Assembly (NCBI GenBank): GCA_965217185.1
Contig: OZ244252.1
Coordinates: 2,848,001 to 2,912,000 of the forward strand
From: an uncultured Candidatus Entotheonella sp.
Lineage (GTDB): Bacteria; Tectomicrobia; Entotheonellia; Entotheonellales; Entotheonellaceae
Reading direction: 5' to 3'
DNA: 64,000 bases
Of the stretch, positions 33,667 through 46,849 are shown one piece after another. A program made the translations under genes and the position numbers. Within the stretch, counting starts at the first letter, position 1; each line of letters begins with the position of its first letter. The notes under the pieces were generated by a model, which saw nothing but the letters and a program-made list of their open reading frames with translations, did not search any database and was not told where the DNA came from.

Positions 33667-33790
33667 AGGAAATGGCGCAGAGCCAGCACCTCAACGTCAT
33701 GCAGGGGCAAATCGACACCTAATGACGAGGCAGCCCAGGCCGAGGGGCCAGCGAGTCGACGCCCTTTGGCGCAGAGCCAGCACCTCAGTA
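31114..33790 (+). repeat. Intragenic tandem repeat array (297-bp, 105-bp and 84-bp units) with decayed tail
   Basis: Recurrent GCCCAGAGCGC(T/C)CAACT..CCGAC and CGTCTCAACGTCATGCAGGGACAAATCGACACC units; fragments continue past the stop codon. Confidence 0.9.
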
Positions 33791-33905
33791 GCGAACAGGC
33801 GGCGGCTACGAAACGGTTGGCATCTGCCAAACTGGGCCGTCGCTCCGCAAAATCCGTGATCCAATCCCTTCACCTCGCCGGCGGCAGGCAGCCGACAGGA
33901 ACGCT

Positions 33906-35189
33906 ATGGAGCACTTCCACATCGAGGGCGGGCATCGGCTCAGGGGAACCATCACCCCTGCTGGAAACAAGAACGCTGCCCTGCCCCTGATGGCGGCCAG
34001 CCTGCTGACTCACGAGCGGCTGCATCTGCACAACGTCCCCAACATTGGCGATGTCCGCACCAAGGCCGTCCTCCTCAATCGCCTGGGAGTCGATACGTAC
34101 TTGAGCCCCGACGGGCACTGCACCCTCCAGACCTGCACCGTAGGCGATAACCAGCCCGACCTCGATCTGTGCCGCCAAATCCGCACGGCGCCATTGTTCG
34201 CCGGGCCGCTGCTGGCACGGCGCGGTTTCGTGACCATCGGGCGACCGGGCGGCGACCGCATCGGGAGGCGGCGTCTCGATACCCACCTGCTCGCCCTGCA
34301 AGCCCTGGGCGCCGATATCGAGGTGACCGCCGACCGTTTCATCCTGAAGGCCGAGCGGCTGCGCGGCGCCGACATATTCCTGGATGAGATGAGCGTCACC
34401 GGCACCGAGCAGGCGCTGCTTGCCGCCGTGCTCGCCGAGGGCACCACGCTCCTGGGCAACGCCGCGTGCGAGCCGCACGTGCAGGACGTGTGCCATTGCC
34501 TGAACGCCATGGGCGCCGACATCGAGGGCATCGGCAGCAACAACTTGGTGATTCGCGGCGTCAGCAGCCTGCGGGGCGCAACCTACACCATCGGGCCCGA
34601 TTACATGGAAGTCGGTTCCCTGATTGCACTGGCGGCGATGACCGGTTCGGAACTTCGTATCCGCCAAGCGCGCCCGCGCGAGCATCGCATGACCCGCATT
34701 GTTTTCGCGCGTCTGGGAGCGACGTGGTACGACGACGGTGACGACATCGTCATCCCGGCAGAACAGGACCTGTGTGTGCGTAGTGAGTTTGACGGCGCCA
34801 TGCCGAAAATCGACGACATGCCGTGGCCGGGCTTTCCGCCCGATCTGATCAGCATCGCCCTGGTGGTCGCCACGCAGGCGCGCGGCACCGTGCTGATTCA
34901 CCAGAAGATGTTCGACCGCCGCTTGGTGTTCGTCGACCGCCTTATCGAAATGGGCGCCAACATCGTGCTGTGCGACCCGCATCGCGCCGTGGTGATTGGC
35001 CCGTCCCGTTTGCACGGCGAAACCCTCATTTCGCCGGACATCCGCGCCGGCATGGCGCTGCTCATCGCCGCGCTGGCGGCCGACGGCGTCAGCAGCATCC
35101 ACAACATCAGCCAGATCGACCGCGGCTACGAGCAACTCGAAAAACGCCTGCAGGCCCTCGGGGCGCGGATCGAGCGGCGGCCAGCGTAA
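33906..35189 (+). CDS. murA: UDP-N-acetylglucosamine 1-carboxyvinyltransferase (Asp-type active site)
   Basis: [43 protein letters not shown]. Confidence 0.95.
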   Translation: MEHFHIEGGHRLRGTITPAGNKNAALPLMAASLLTHERLHLHNVPNIGDVRTKAVLLNRLGVDTYLSPDGHCTLQTCTVGDNQPDLDLCRQIRTAPLFAGPLLARRGFVTIGRPGGDRIGRRRLDTHLLALQALGADIEVTADRFILKAERLRGADIFLDEMSVTGTEQALLAAVLAEGTTLLGNAACEPHVQDVCHCLNAMGADIEGIGSNNLVIRGVSSLRGATYTIGPDYMEVGSLIALAAMTGSELRIRQARPREHRMTRIVFARLGATWYDDGDDIVIPAEQDLCVRSEFDGAMPKIDDMPWPGFPPDLISIALVVATQARGTVLIHQKMFDRRLVFVDRLIEMGANIVLCDPHRAVVIGPSRLHGETLISPDIRAGMALLIAALAADGVSSIHNISQIDRGYEQLEKRLQALGARIERRPA

Positions 35190-35230
35190 ACGCGACCTTC
35201 AGGGAACAATCGGCAGAGGAGTCTTGCTCT

Positions 35231-37517
<2,287 letters not shown>

Positions 37518-37700
37518 ACGGCCGGTACGTGCGCTGTGGCGAGCCGGAATCTGCCGGCAGCGCGTCGCGACTTGACCCCAACGGGGTGAATTTCCGCAGG
37601 CTTGTCTGCCACGTCGAGCTTGGGGTAGTGTTTCCGTCCTGACCATGTCCCAGAGGGAAGGGACTGAAGGGCGTTCCATTTTGTGCAAAGGGGTCGGCCG

Positions 37701-38780
37701 ATGACTGAACTTCTCAAAACCCCGCTCCACAACATGCATCTGGCAGCTGGCGCGCGCATGGCGCCCTTCGCCGGCTATGAGATGCCGCTGCGCTATGCCG
37801 CGGGCGATATCGCCGAGCACCGGCAGGCGCGGCGCCTCGCTGCGCTCTTCGACGTGAGCCATATGGGCCAGGTTCGCCTCGCCGGACCGGGCGCGGATGC
37901 GGCGCTGGAGCGGCTGGTGCCGGGTGACATACAGGGTCTCGGCCCCGGACAGATGCGCTATACGCTGTTCACGAGTGACCGCGGCGGCATTCTCGACGAC
38001 CTGATCGCGGCGCGCGCCAAAGACGGCCTGCGGCTGGTCGTCAACGCCGCGCGCAAGGAGCACGACATCGCCCATCTCAGCCGCCATCTGAGCGGGGCGG
38101 TGGATGTCGTGCCGGAACCAGACCGCGCGCTGCTGGCGCTTCAGGGGCCGGCGGCGGCAGACGTGCTCGCCGCCTGTGCGGACATGGCCTTTATGAGCTG
38201 GCGCGAGGCCGAGGTCTGCGGACTGCCCGTACGCGTCTCGCGTTCCGGCTATACCGGGGAGGATGGCTTCGAGCTTTCCGTGGCGGAAGATGACGCCGAG
38301 GCGTTGGCCACGCGGCTGCTCGCCCATGACGCGGTCGCTTGGGCGGGTCTTGGCGCCCGCGACTCGCTGCGGCTCGAGGCCGGCCTCTGCCTGTACGGCC
38401 ACGACATCGACGAGACGACGACCCCGATCGAGGCCGGTCTCGGCTGGACCGTGGCGAAGCGCCGACGGCAGGAGCGCAACTTCCCGGGCGCGGCCCGCAT
38501 CCTCGACCACCCGCCCGCGCGCCGCCGCGTCGGCCTGCGCCCCGAGGACCGGGTCATTGCGCGCGCGGATACGGCGGTGCTGGACGCGGATGGCGCCGCG
38601 GTCGGCCGCGTCACCAGCGGCGGCTTCGGTCCGACGCTCGGCGGCCCGATCGCGATGGGCTATCTGCCGGCCGCGCTCGCCAAACCCGACACACCCGTTG
38701 CCTTCGACATCCGCGGCAAGGTCCGGCCTGGCCGGGTCGCGTCCCTGCCCTTCATTCCCCACAACTACATCCGGATCTGA
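37701..38780 (+). CDS. gcvT: Glycine cleavage aminomethyltransferase T
   Basis: FAGYEMP, LFDVSHMGQ, SRSGYTGEDGFE, GLGARDSLRLEAGLCLYG. Confidence 0.96.
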   Translation: MTELLKTPLHNMHLAAGARMAPFAGYEMPLRYAAGDIAEHRQARRLAALFDVSHMGQVRLAGPGADAALERLVPGDIQGLGPGQMRYTLFTSDRGGILDDLIAARAKDGLRLVVNAARKEHDIAHLSRHLSGAVDVVPEPDRALLALQGPAAADVLAACADMAFMSWREAEVCGLPVRVSRSGYTGEDGFELSVAEDDAEALATRLLAHDAVAWAGLGARDSLRLEAGLCLYGHDIDETTTPIEAGLGWTVAKRRRQERNFPGAARILDHPPARRRVGLRPEDRVIARADTAVLDADGAAVGRVTSGGFGPTLGGPIAMGYLPAALAKPDTPVAFDIRGKVRPGRVASLPFIPHNYIRI

Positions 38781-38788
38781 GAGCACCC

Positions 38789-39169
38789 ATGACCCAGAAG
38801 ACCTGGTACACCCGCGATCATGAATGGGTACGGCTGGAGGACGGCGTCGCGGTCTGTGGCATTACCGATTACGCCCAGACGCAATTGGGCGATGTCGTCT
38901 TTGTCGAACTGCCGGAAGTCGGCACGCATCTGGCGCGCCAAGCTGCCGCCGCGGTGGTCGAGAGCACCAAGGCGGCGAATGACGTCTACGCGCCGGTGAG
39001 CGGCGAGGTCGTTGCCGTGAACGACCGGCTGGAAGAGGAACCGAATCTCGTCAACGAATCCGCCGAGGACCAGGGCTGGTTTTTCCGCCTGCGGCTCGCC
39101 GATGAGGGCGAGCTCGACGAGCTCCTCGACGGGGACGCCTACCGGGCCTTCGTCGAGGAGATCGAATAA
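38789..39169 (+). CDS. gcvH: Glycine cleavage H protein
   Basis: [24 protein letters not shown], lipoyl-Lys VESTKA. Confidence 0.96.
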   Translation: MTQKTWYTRDHEWVRLEDGVAVCGITDYAQTQLGDVVFVELPEVGTHLARQAAAAVVESTKAANDVYAPVSGEVVAVNDRLEEEPNLVNESAEDQGWFFRLRLADEGELDELLDGDAYRAFVEEIE

Positions 39170-40488
39170 TGCGCTACCTGCCGATCACCGAGGCCGACCG
39201 GCGGGTCATGCTGGAGGCGATCGGCGTGCCGTCGGTCGAGGCGCTGTTCGCCGACGTGCCGCAAGAGGCGCTACTGGCAGAGCCGGTGGACCTGCCGCCC
39301 CATGCGAGCGAATACGAGGTGGAGAAGCGCCTCTCCCGGCTTGCGGCGCAGAACCGCCCGGCCGGCGCCGGCCCCTTCTTCTGCGGCGCCGGCACCTATC
39401 GTCATCATATCCCCGCAGCCGTGGACCATCTGATCCAGCGCGGCGAGTTTCTCACCTCCTACACGCCCTATCAGCCCGAAATCGCCCAGGGCACGCTGCA
39501 ATATCTGTTCGAGTTCCAGACCCAAGTCTGCCTGCTGACCGGCATGGAGGTCGCCAACGCCTCCATGTATGACGGCGCGACCGCCACCGCCGAGGCGGTC
39601 ATGATGGCGAATCGGGTCACGCGCCGCTCGAAGGCGGTGGTCTCCGGCAATCTGCACCCGCATTACCGCGACACCGCGGCGACGCTCGCCCGCTTTCAGG
39701 GCTTCACACTCGACTGCGCCCCACCGCGGCCGCAAGGCGGCGAGGACCTGGCAGGGCGGATTGACGCCGAGACATCCTGCGTTGTGGTCCAGTATCCCGA
39801 CCTGTTCGGCAATATCGCAGACTACTCGGATGTGGCGGCGGCCGCGCACGCCAAGGGCGCGCTGCTAGTCGTCGTGGTTACGGAGATCGTCGCGCTCGGC
39901 GCGCTCCGGCCGCCGGGGGCGATGGGGGCCGACATCGTGGCCGCGGAAGGCCAATCGCTCGGCAATCCGATGAGCTTCGGCGGTCCGCATCTCGGCTTGT
40001 TCGCCACGCGCACGCGCCACGTGCGCCAGATGCCAGGGCGGCTCTGCGGCGAGACCGTCGATGCCGAGGGGCGACGCGGCTATGTGCTCACCCTGGTGGC
40101 GCGCGAGCAGCATATCCGACGCGAGCGCGCAACGAGCAATATCTGCACCAATTCCGGCCTCTGCGCGCTCGCCTTCACCATCCATCTGACCCTGCTCGGT
40201 GAGACCGGGCTGAAGCGTCTGGCGTCGCTCAATCATGCGCGGGCGGCGGCGCTCGCCGACCGGCTCGACCGGCGCGTCGTGACGTCCTCATTCTTCAACG
40301 AGTTCACGGTCCGCCTCGACGGCGATGCGGCGGCTGCGGTCGAGCGCCTCGCGGGCGAAGGCATTCTCGCCGGCGTGCCGGTCTCCCGGCTGCATCCCGG
40401 CGCCGGCCTCGACGACCTGCTGCTGGTCGCGGTGACCGAGACGACGGACGAGGACGACCTCGCGGCCCTGGCGGAGGCGCTCGGATGA
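39169..40488 (+). CDS. gcvPA: Glycine dehydrogenase subunit 1
   Basis: [35 protein letters not shown]. Confidence 0.96.
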   Translation: MRYLPITEADRRVMLEAIGVPSVEALFADVPQEALLAEPVDLPPHASEYEVEKRLSRLAAQNRPAGAGPFFCGAGTYRHHIPAAVDHLIQRGEFLTSYTPYQPEIAQGTLQYLFEFQTQVCLLTGMEVANASMYDGATATAEAVMMANRVTRRSKAVVSGNLHPHYRDTAATLARFQGFTLDCAPPRPQGGEDLAGRIDAETSCVVVQYPDLFGNIADYSDVAAAAHAKGALLVVVVTEIVALGALRPPGAMGADIVAAEGQSLGNPMSFGGPHLGLFATRTRHVRQMPGRLCGETVDAEGRRGYVLTLVAREQHIRRERATSNICTNSGLCALAFTIHLTLLGETGLKRLASLNHARAAALADRLDRRVVTSSFFNEFTVRLDGDAAAAVERLAGEGILAGVPVSRLHPGAGLDDLLLVAVTETTDEDDLAALAEALG

Positions 40489-42008
40489 CCGACGTATTCC
40501 ACGACACCATCTCCGGCGACCGCGGCCTCCATATCGAAGAGCCGCTGATTTTCGAGCAGGACAGCCCGGGCGCGCTCGGCGTTGACTGGCCGCAGGTCGA
40601 GGCGAGGCCGGACCGGCTGGGCGGCCTCGCCCGCGAGGGCGCCATCGGCCTGCCGAGCTTGGCGGAGCCGACCGTCGTGCGCCATTACACCCGGCTGTCG
40701 CAGAAGAACTACGGTATCGACACCGGACTCTTCCCGCTCGGCTCTTGCACCATGAAGCACAATCCGCGTCTGAATGAGCGGCTGGCGCGGCTGCCCGGTT
40801 TCGCGGATATCCATCCGCTGCAGCCGGAATCCAGCGTGCAGGGAGCGCTCCGGCTTTGCCGCGAGTTGCAACGCTGGCTGATGGCGTTGACCGGCATGCC
40901 CTGTGTCGCGCTCACCCCCGGCGCGGGCGCGCACGGCGAACTTTGCGGCATGATGGCCATCCGCACCGCTCTGGATGCGCGGGGGGAGGAGAGCGCGGCG
41001 CGGCGCCGCGTGCTGGTGCCCGATTCAGCCCACGGCACCAACCCCGCTACCGCCGCCGCGCTGGGCTTCCAGGTCGTTTCGATCCCGGAAGACGCACGCG
41101 GCCGGGTTGATCTTGCCCGCTTCGAGGCGCTGCTGGAGGGCGGCATCGCCGCGGTCATGCTCACCAATCCCAACACCTGCGGCGTGTTCGAGAACGACAT
41201 CCGCCGCATCGCCGACGCCGTGCATGAGGCCGGCGGCTATTTCTATTGTGACGGCGCGAACTTCAACGCGATTGTCGGGCGGGTGCGGCCGGGCGATCTC
41301 GGCATCGACGCCATGCACATCAATCTGCACAAGACCTTCTCGACGCCGCATGGCGGCGGCGGGCCGGGCGCGGGGCCGGTCGTGTTCTCGGAGGCGCTCG
41401 CGGCCTATGCGCCGGTGCCGCGCATTGTCGAGGAGGACGGCCTGTTGCGCCTGGAGGAGATAAATGGCGCTGCCCTCGGGCGGATGAAGGCCTTTCACGG
41501 CCAGATGGGCATGTTTGTGCGCGCGCTCGCCTACCTGATGAGCCACGGCTCCGACGGGTTGCGCCAGGTCTCCGGCGATGCCGTTCTAAACGCCAACTAT
41601 CTGCTGCGGCGGCTGGAAGGCGCGTTTTCCGCGCCCTTCGCCCATGCCGGCCCGGCCATGCACGAGGCGCTGTTCGACGACCGTTTGCTCCGCGACAGCG
41701 GCGTTACCACACTCGACATTGCCAAGGCGATGATCGATGAGGGACTGCATCCGATGACCGTCTATTTCCCGCTGGTGGTGCATGGCGCGATGCTGGTCGA
41801 GCCGACTGAGACGGAAACCCGGGCAAGCCTCGATCGCTTCACCGCCATCATGCGGGGCTTGGCCAAGCGGGCGAAGGCGGGCGCTGCGCTTAGCGAGGCG
41901 CCGCATCACGCCCCCCGTCGCCGCCTCGACGAGACCCGCGCCGCGCGCCGGCCGGTGCTGCGTTGGCAGCCGCCCGGCGACGCCAAGCGTGATGTGCCAG
42001 GGGTGTGA
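40485..42008 (+). CDS. gcvPB: Glycine dehydrogenase subunit 2
   Basis: [22 protein letters not shown]-Lys [22 protein letters not shown]. Confidence 0.96.
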   Translation: MTDVFHDTISGDRGLHIEEPLIFEQDSPGALGVDWPQVEARPDRLGGLAREGAIGLPSLAEPTVVRHYTRLSQKNYGIDTGLFPLGSCTMKHNPRLNERLARLPGFADIHPLQPESSVQGALRLCRELQRWLMALTGMPCVALTPGAGAHGELCGMMAIRTALDARGEESAARRRVLVPDSAHGTNPATAAALGFQVVSIPEDARGRVDLARFEALLEGGIAAVMLTNPNTCGVFENDIRRIADAVHEAGGYFYCDGANFNAIVGRVRPGDLGIDAMHINLHKTFSTPHGGGGPGAGPVVFSEALAAYAPVPRIVEEDGLLRLEEINGAALGRMKAFHGQMGMFVRALAYLMSHGSDGLRQVSGDAVLNANYLLRRLEGAFSAPFAHAGPAMHEALFDDRLLRDSGVTTLDIAKAMIDEGLHPMTVYFPLVVHGAMLVEPTETETRASLDRFTAIMRGLAKRAKAGAALSEAPHHAPRRRLDETRAARRPVLRWQPPGDAKRDVPGV

Positions 42009-42116
42009 GGGCGGGGATTTCTGAGATTGGTTTTCGTGGGAAAAGATCGCGTAGAGGATACGATCCATGGAGATTCGGTCCCGGCCGGACCTCTTGGAAG
42101 CCGCGTGTGACGTACT

Positions 42117-43439
42117 TCAGGCTTGGGTCGTGCGGAGGGGAGAGGGAGTTTCGACGGCCGGTGCAGACATCGCGGCCTGGGATTTTTCGTTTTGTGCCAT
42201 CAGGTCCATGGCCAACAGTGCCGACACCAGTCCGGCGGCGAAGCTGATCATCCAGGAGACGGCGTAGCCGTTCGAGATGTCATAGAGATAACCGCCGAGG
42301 AAGCCGCCGGTGGCCATTCCCACCATCGCAAAGCACATCTGGCCCGAATAGCCCGGTCCGAAGCCGCGCTGTCCGTATATTTCGCGTGCCACCACGCCGT
42401 ATTGCGTGTTCACGCCGCCGTAGCCAAAGCCCCAGAACACCGCGTACAGGAAGAAAATCGCCGGGTCCTCGGCGTTGACCAGCCATAGGACCAGGGTGCC
42501 TTGTATGAACAGGGTGAAAATGAGCGTCAGGCGCGCGCCATGGCGGTCGGCAAAGAGGCCCCAGGCCACCCGCCCGGCCACCGCCGACAGCGACATGAGG
42601 CCCAGCACCCAAGCTGAGGCAAAGGTGGAAAGGCCGGCGTGCTGGGCGAACACCACGATGTGCACCAGCGGCACGGAGTGGCACATGCAGCAGAAAAAGT
42701 TGATGACGGCGAGGGTCCAGAAGCCCTCCATGCGCAGGATGACGCGCCACACCGAGCCCACCGACACCGAGCGGGTGGACCGCTTGCTGCCGGCCGATGC
42801 CGTTGACGGCGTGTCATTCGGGTCGGCGCCGAAGGGCACCAGCCCCATCTCGTGCGGATGGTTGCGGATAAACAGGCAGGCCAGCACCGATGCGGACGAT
42901 ACCGTCAGGCTCAGCATGACGAACGCCGTTTGCCAGTCCCAGCGCAGAATCACCCAGGTGACCAGGGGCGAAAAGATGAACGGCCCCAAGCCGTTGCCGG
43001 CCATCGTCAGGCCCATCGCGAAGCCCTGACGCTTTTCGAACCAGCGGGTGATCAAGGCAGCGGTCGAGATCAAGAACGCGCCGCGGCCCAGCGAGGTCAC
43101 CAAGCCGTACCAGAGGTAAAAGCCTTCCACCGTGGTCACGGTGCTGGTGGCGTACAGGCCGATGCCGTGAATCAGCGTACCGATCAGCAGCAGCTTGCGC
43201 ACGCTGTGGGTGTGCATCAGCGTTCCGACCGCCAGGATGCCGAGGCCGCTGACGATGGCCGAGATGGCGTAGGTGAACGACAGGGCACTGTGCGACCAGC
43301 CCATGTCGTCGACCATCGGGTTGATGAACACGCCGAAGGCCATCATGGCGCCGGAGGCGAGGAAGGTGATGAGAAAGCAGGCGGCCAGGACGATCCAGCC
43401 AAAGAAGAACCGCTCGGTGGGGGCAATCTGGGATGTCAT
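42117..43439 (-). CDS. MFS transporter (MCT/OFA-like)
   Basis: About 12 hydrophobic segments; RWFEKRQG and GLFADRHG loop motifs. Confidence 0.88.
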   Translation of the reverse strand: MTSQIAPTERFFFGWIVLAACFLITFLASGAMMAFGVFINPMVDDMGWSHSALSFTYAISAIVSGLGILAVGTLMHTHSVRKLLLIGTLIHGIGLYATSTVTTVEGFYLWYGLVTSLGRGAFLISTAALITRWFEKRQGFAMGLTMAGNGLGPFIFSPLVTWVILRWDWQTAFVMLSLTVSSASVLACLFIRNHPHEMGLVPFGADPNDTPSTASAGSKRSTRSVSVGSVWRVILRMEGFWTLAVINFFCCMCHSVPLVHIVVFAQHAGLSTFASAWVLGLMSLSAVAGRVAWGLFADRHGARLTLIFTLFIQGTLVLWLVNAEDPAIFFLYAVFWGFGYGGVNTQYGVVAREIYGQRGFGPGYSGQMCFAMVGMATGGFLGGYLYDISNGYAVSWMISFAAGLVSALLAMDLMAQNEKSQAAMSAPAVETPSPLRTTQA

Positions 43440-43665
43440 TCGCCTTATCCTACGTGTTCGCAGCGGCTCGCGGCGTTGGCGGTGTGGAACTGTCATTCGT
43501 CCGTGGCGCGAAAGGCGAGCATACAGGGCCGTAGCGCGCCCGTCAAACCGCGGGGGCCGGTGCCATTTGACCGCCCCGGCGGACACCCCTTACAATCCTC
43601 TGATCCAATCCGAATGCCGACAGGCTGCCTTGCACGAGGCCAAGCGCCCCTCCTGGAGTTTCTCG

Positions 43666-44427
43666 ATGAAACTGATTTCGTGGAACGTGAACGGCATCCG
43701 CGCGGTGCTGCGAAAAAACCTTTTCCTGCCGTTCGTAGCGGACCACGATCCGGACGTCATCTGCCTGCAGGAGACCAAGGCCCACCCACAGCAGGTGGCA
43801 CTCGATCTGCCGTCCCACCCCTACCAGTACTGGCACAGCGCCGAAAAGAAGGGCTACGCCGGCACGGCGATTTTTTCCAAGCGCGAGCCGGTGTCCATAA
43901 GCTATGGCATCGGCGTGGCATCCTTCGACAGCGAGGGGCGGCTGGTTGCCACGGAGTTCGAAGATTTCTACGCCGTCTCGGTGTACGTGCCCAACTCCAA
44001 GCGCGACCTGAGCCGACTGGATGAGCGTCAGGAGTGGGACCGCGCCTTCCTCGCTCGTTTGAAGGGTCTGGAGAAGCACAAGCCGGTGGTGTTCAGCGGC
44101 GATTTCAATGTCGCGCACACCGATATCGACCTCGCCCGACCCAAGGAAAACGAGGGCCATCACGGCTATACGAGGGAGGAGCGCAGCGGCTTCGACGACT
44201 TCGTCAGCGCGGGCTTCATCGACACGTTTCGCCACCTGCACCCCGACGAGCGTCACCAATACACTTGGTGGCGGCAAATGGGCGGCGCGCGCGAACGCAA
44301 CGTCGGCTGGCGCATTGATTACGTCATGATATCCGCCGCCCTGCTGCCCCGCCTGGAATCCGCCTCGATCCTGTCGGACGTGTACGGATCGGACCACTGC
44401 CCGGTTGGGATCACATTGAGCCAATAA
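43666..44427 (+). CDS. xth: Exodeoxyribonuclease III
   Basis: SWNVNGIRA, CLQETK, GDFNVAH, GWRIDY, GSDHCP. Confidence 0.95.
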   Translation: MKLISWNVNGIRAVLRKNLFLPFVADHDPDVICLQETKAHPQQVALDLPSHPYQYWHSAEKKGYAGTAIFSKREPVSISYGIGVASFDSEGRLVATEFEDFYAVSVYVPNSKRDLSRLDERQEWDRAFLARLKGLEKHKPVVFSGDFNVAHTDIDLARPKENEGHHGYTREERSGFDDFVSAGFIDTFRHLHPDERHQYTWWRQMGGARERNVGWRIDYVMISAALLPRLESASILSDVYGSDHCPVGITLSQ

Positions 44428-44459
44428 ATATCCGAATCGCCCCTTGAGGAGAAAATGAC

Positions 44460-45383
44460 ATGCGAATCGTTGTCCACGGTCAACAAGCCTTCGGCAAAAG
44501 CGTTCTGGAAGCGCTGCTGGACCGCGGCGAAGACGTCGTTGGCGTGTTCTGCGCCCCGGCTGCCCCCGGTGGGCGCGTCGATCCGTTGCAGGAAGCCGCC
44601 GAGGCCCACAGCTTGCCGGTATACCAGCCCAAGTCGTACCGCAAGCCGGAGGTGCGCGACACCTTCGCAGCGCTGGAAAGCGACCTGTGCGTGATGGCCT
44701 ACGTGACGCTGTTCGTGCCCGAAGAGGTGTTGAACCTGCCGCGCCTCGGCACCATTCAGTACCACCCGTCGCTGCTGCCGCGCCACCGCGGGCCGAGCTC
44801 GATCAACTGGCCGATCATCTGGGGAGAGAAGCAGACGGGCCTGACGATTTTCTGGCCGGACAACGGGCTCGATACGGGGCCGATCCTGCTGCAGAAGACC
44901 GTCGACATCGCCGACACGGATACGCTGGGAAGCCTCTATTTCGACCAGCTTTACCCCCTGGGGGTGGAGGCGATGCTGGGGGCGGTGGACCAGGTCCGGG
45001 ACGGCACGGCGCCCAGAATCCCGCAGGACGAGACGGACGCCACCTACGAAGGCTGGTGCCGCAAGGAGCAGGTCGAGATCGACTGGAAACAACCCCTCGA
45101 CGCGGTGTGGAATCTCATCCGCGGCGCCGACCCGCAACCCGGCGCCTGGAGCACGCACGCCGAGCAGGAGGTGCAGATTTACGACGCCCGCAAGCTCCCC
45201 GGCGCACCCGCCGTTCAACCCGGCGAAGTGACCGCCGTGGACGAAAACGGCATCACCGTCGCCGCACTAGGCGGCCACCTTGCCGTCCAGCGCGTCAGGC
45301 CCGCCGGCGGCAAGAAAATGGCCGCCGGCGCCTTTGCCCAGGAAGCCGGACTGCGCCCCGGCGCCCGACTGGGCGGCAGTTGA
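44460..45383 (+). CDS. Formyltransferase-fold protein (Fmt-like; closer in motif to the 10-formyl-THF dehydrogenase hydrolase domain)
   Basis: QYHPSLLPRHRGPSSINW, FWPDNGLDTGPILLQK, IRGADPQPGAW. Confidence 0.82.
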   Translation: MRIVVHGQQAFGKSVLEALLDRGEDVVGVFCAPAAPGGRVDPLQEAAEAHSLPVYQPKSYRKPEVRDTFAALESDLCVMAYVTLFVPEEVLNLPRLGTIQYHPSLLPRHRGPSSINWPIIWGEKQTGLTIFWPDNGLDTGPILLQKTVDIADTDTLGSLYFDQLYPLGVEAMLGAVDQVRDGTAPRIPQDETDATYEGWCRKEQVEIDWKQPLDAVWNLIRGADPQPGAWSTHAEQEVQIYDARKLPGAPAVQPGEVTAVDENGITVAALGGHLAVQRVRPAGGKKMAAGAFAQEAGLRPGARLGGS

Positions 45384-45390
45384 GAAACAG

Positions 45391-46173
45391 CTACCCCGCC
45401 GTCGCGCCGCCGTCGACCGGCAGCGCCACCCCGGTTACGAACGATGCCTCGTCCGACAACAGAAAGAGGGCCGCATTAGCGATTTCTTCCGGCTTGCCGG
45501 GGCGGCCCATGGGAACCCGGCTTTGGCGCTGGTATATCAGGTCCTCAACGTCGACGTCCTCCGTTCCCTTCTGGTCCGGCCGCTTGACGAAGACGCGCAG
45601 CATGGGCGTGTCGATAGGGCCGGGGCAGACGGAATTCACCCGAATGTTATCGGGTGCCAAGCGCAGCGCGAGCGCCTTCATGAATCCGTTGACGCCGAAT
45701 TTGGCGGCTGAATAAATCGGACTCATGCGCGAGCCTATGAGCCCGGACACCGAGGCGGTGAACAGGAGGGCGCCGCCACCCCGCTCCCTGAGCCGGGGAA
45801 TGGCGGCTTCCGTCGTCACGATCACCGAACGCACGTTGAGGTTCATGGCCAACTCGTAAGCCGCCCAATCCACCCCTTCCACGGCGGCCGGCCCAGGATG
45901 GCCGACGTGGTTCCAGACGAAATCAAGGCCGCCAAAAGCGTCGGCGGTCTCGTCGATAATGCGGCGAGCGTCATCGTCCTGCCGCAGGTCGGCGACAATC
46001 CCCGTGGCGCGCCCGCCCGCCTCGACGATCTCCGTTACGACGCGCTCAACGGCTTCCGTGTTGACGTCCACGACGCCGACGGACGCTCCCTCCCGTGCAA
46101 AGCGCAACGCCCCGGCGCGTCCCATGCCGGAGCCCGCTGCCGTCACCACGCCGATTCTGCCGTTCAGTCTCAT
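45391..46173 (-). CDS. SDR family oxidoreductase
   Basis: TAAGSGMG, YSAAK, IRVNSVCPG, TGVALPVDGG. Confidence 0.92.
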   Translation of the reverse strand: MRLNGRIGVVTAAGSGMGRAGALRFAREGASVGVVDVNTEAVERVVTEIVEAGGRATGIVADLRQDDDARRIIDETADAFGGLDFVWNHVGHPGPAAVEGVDWAAYELAMNLNVRSVIVTTEAAIPRLRERGGGALLFTASVSGLIGSRMSPIYSAAKFGVNGFMKALALRLAPDNIRVNSVCPGPIDTPMLRVFVKRPDQKGTEDVDVEDLIYQRQSRVPMGRPGKPEEIANAALFLLSDEASFVTGVALPVDGGATAG

Positions 46174-46212
46174 CGCGCCCTCCTTTATTAACGTCGTGTG
46201 GATCACCTTGGT

Positions 46213-46707
46213 TTAATTCGAGAATGGCGGTGGCCCGAAAATCTCGATCTCGCCGACCATCCCCGCCTCGGTATGGCCCTCTTTATGGCAGTAGAGGCGT
46301 AACCCTTTGCCCTTGGTCATCGGATAAAAATACCAAGCGAGGGTGGCGCCGGGGAGCAATTCCATGTCGCGGATGTCGCCGTGCACCTCCGCTACCGTGT
46401 TGCCGCTGCCGTCGATGAATTCCACTTTGCGCGTGAAGACCCGCGTCGCCAGGCCGTCCGAAGTGAAGTAATGCGCTTGTGAGCTGGGGTTGTGGACGAC
46501 CAGTTTGTAGTACTTGCCGCGCTGGAACCGGAGTTTGTCCGGCACGAACCGCAGGTGCCCATCCTGGCTGCCGGTCTCCACCCGCACCTCGACCGTCTCG
46601 GGCTGGCCGACCGCGTAGGTGACAGGCCACAGCACGGCCAGGGTTCCCAAAACCAGCAGGCTTACCAACCAAAACAGCTTTCCTTGCAACTGCCTGTGCA
46701 CGTTCAA
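46213..46707 (-). CDS. Exported cupredoxin-like copper protein
   Basis: Signal/TM segment; H (QAHYF) plus YCHKEGHTEAGM type-1 copper ligand pattern; start uncertain. Confidence 0.75.
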   Translation of the reverse strand: MNVHRQLQGKLFWLVSLLVLGTLAVLWPVTYAVGQPETVEVRVETGSQDGHLRFVPDKLRFQRGKYYKLVVHNPSSQAHYFTSDGLATRVFTRKVEFIDGSGNTVAEVHGDIRDMELLPGATLAWYFYPMTKGKGLRLYCHKEGHTEAGMVGEIEIFGPPPFSN

Positions 46708-46849
46708 ACTCCTTTCATTGGTGGTTTCATAAGCGCCTTTGCGGCGCTTCCATAGGTACGGCCCTGAGTATATGATGAACCGCCGCGTCGCAAAACAGGC
46801 TTACACTGGTTTACCGACCGCACGTCATTTCCCCGAGAGGAGGCTGTCA

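Noticed and set aside
31114..33790. CRISPR array
   Set aside because: The repeats are in-frame coding units with no unique spacers and no cas genes
37518..37700. Glycine riboswitch upstream of gcvT
   Set aside because: The GGAGA, CCGAAG and CUCUCAGG core elements are not present; only a vague GGGACTGAAGGGCG tail
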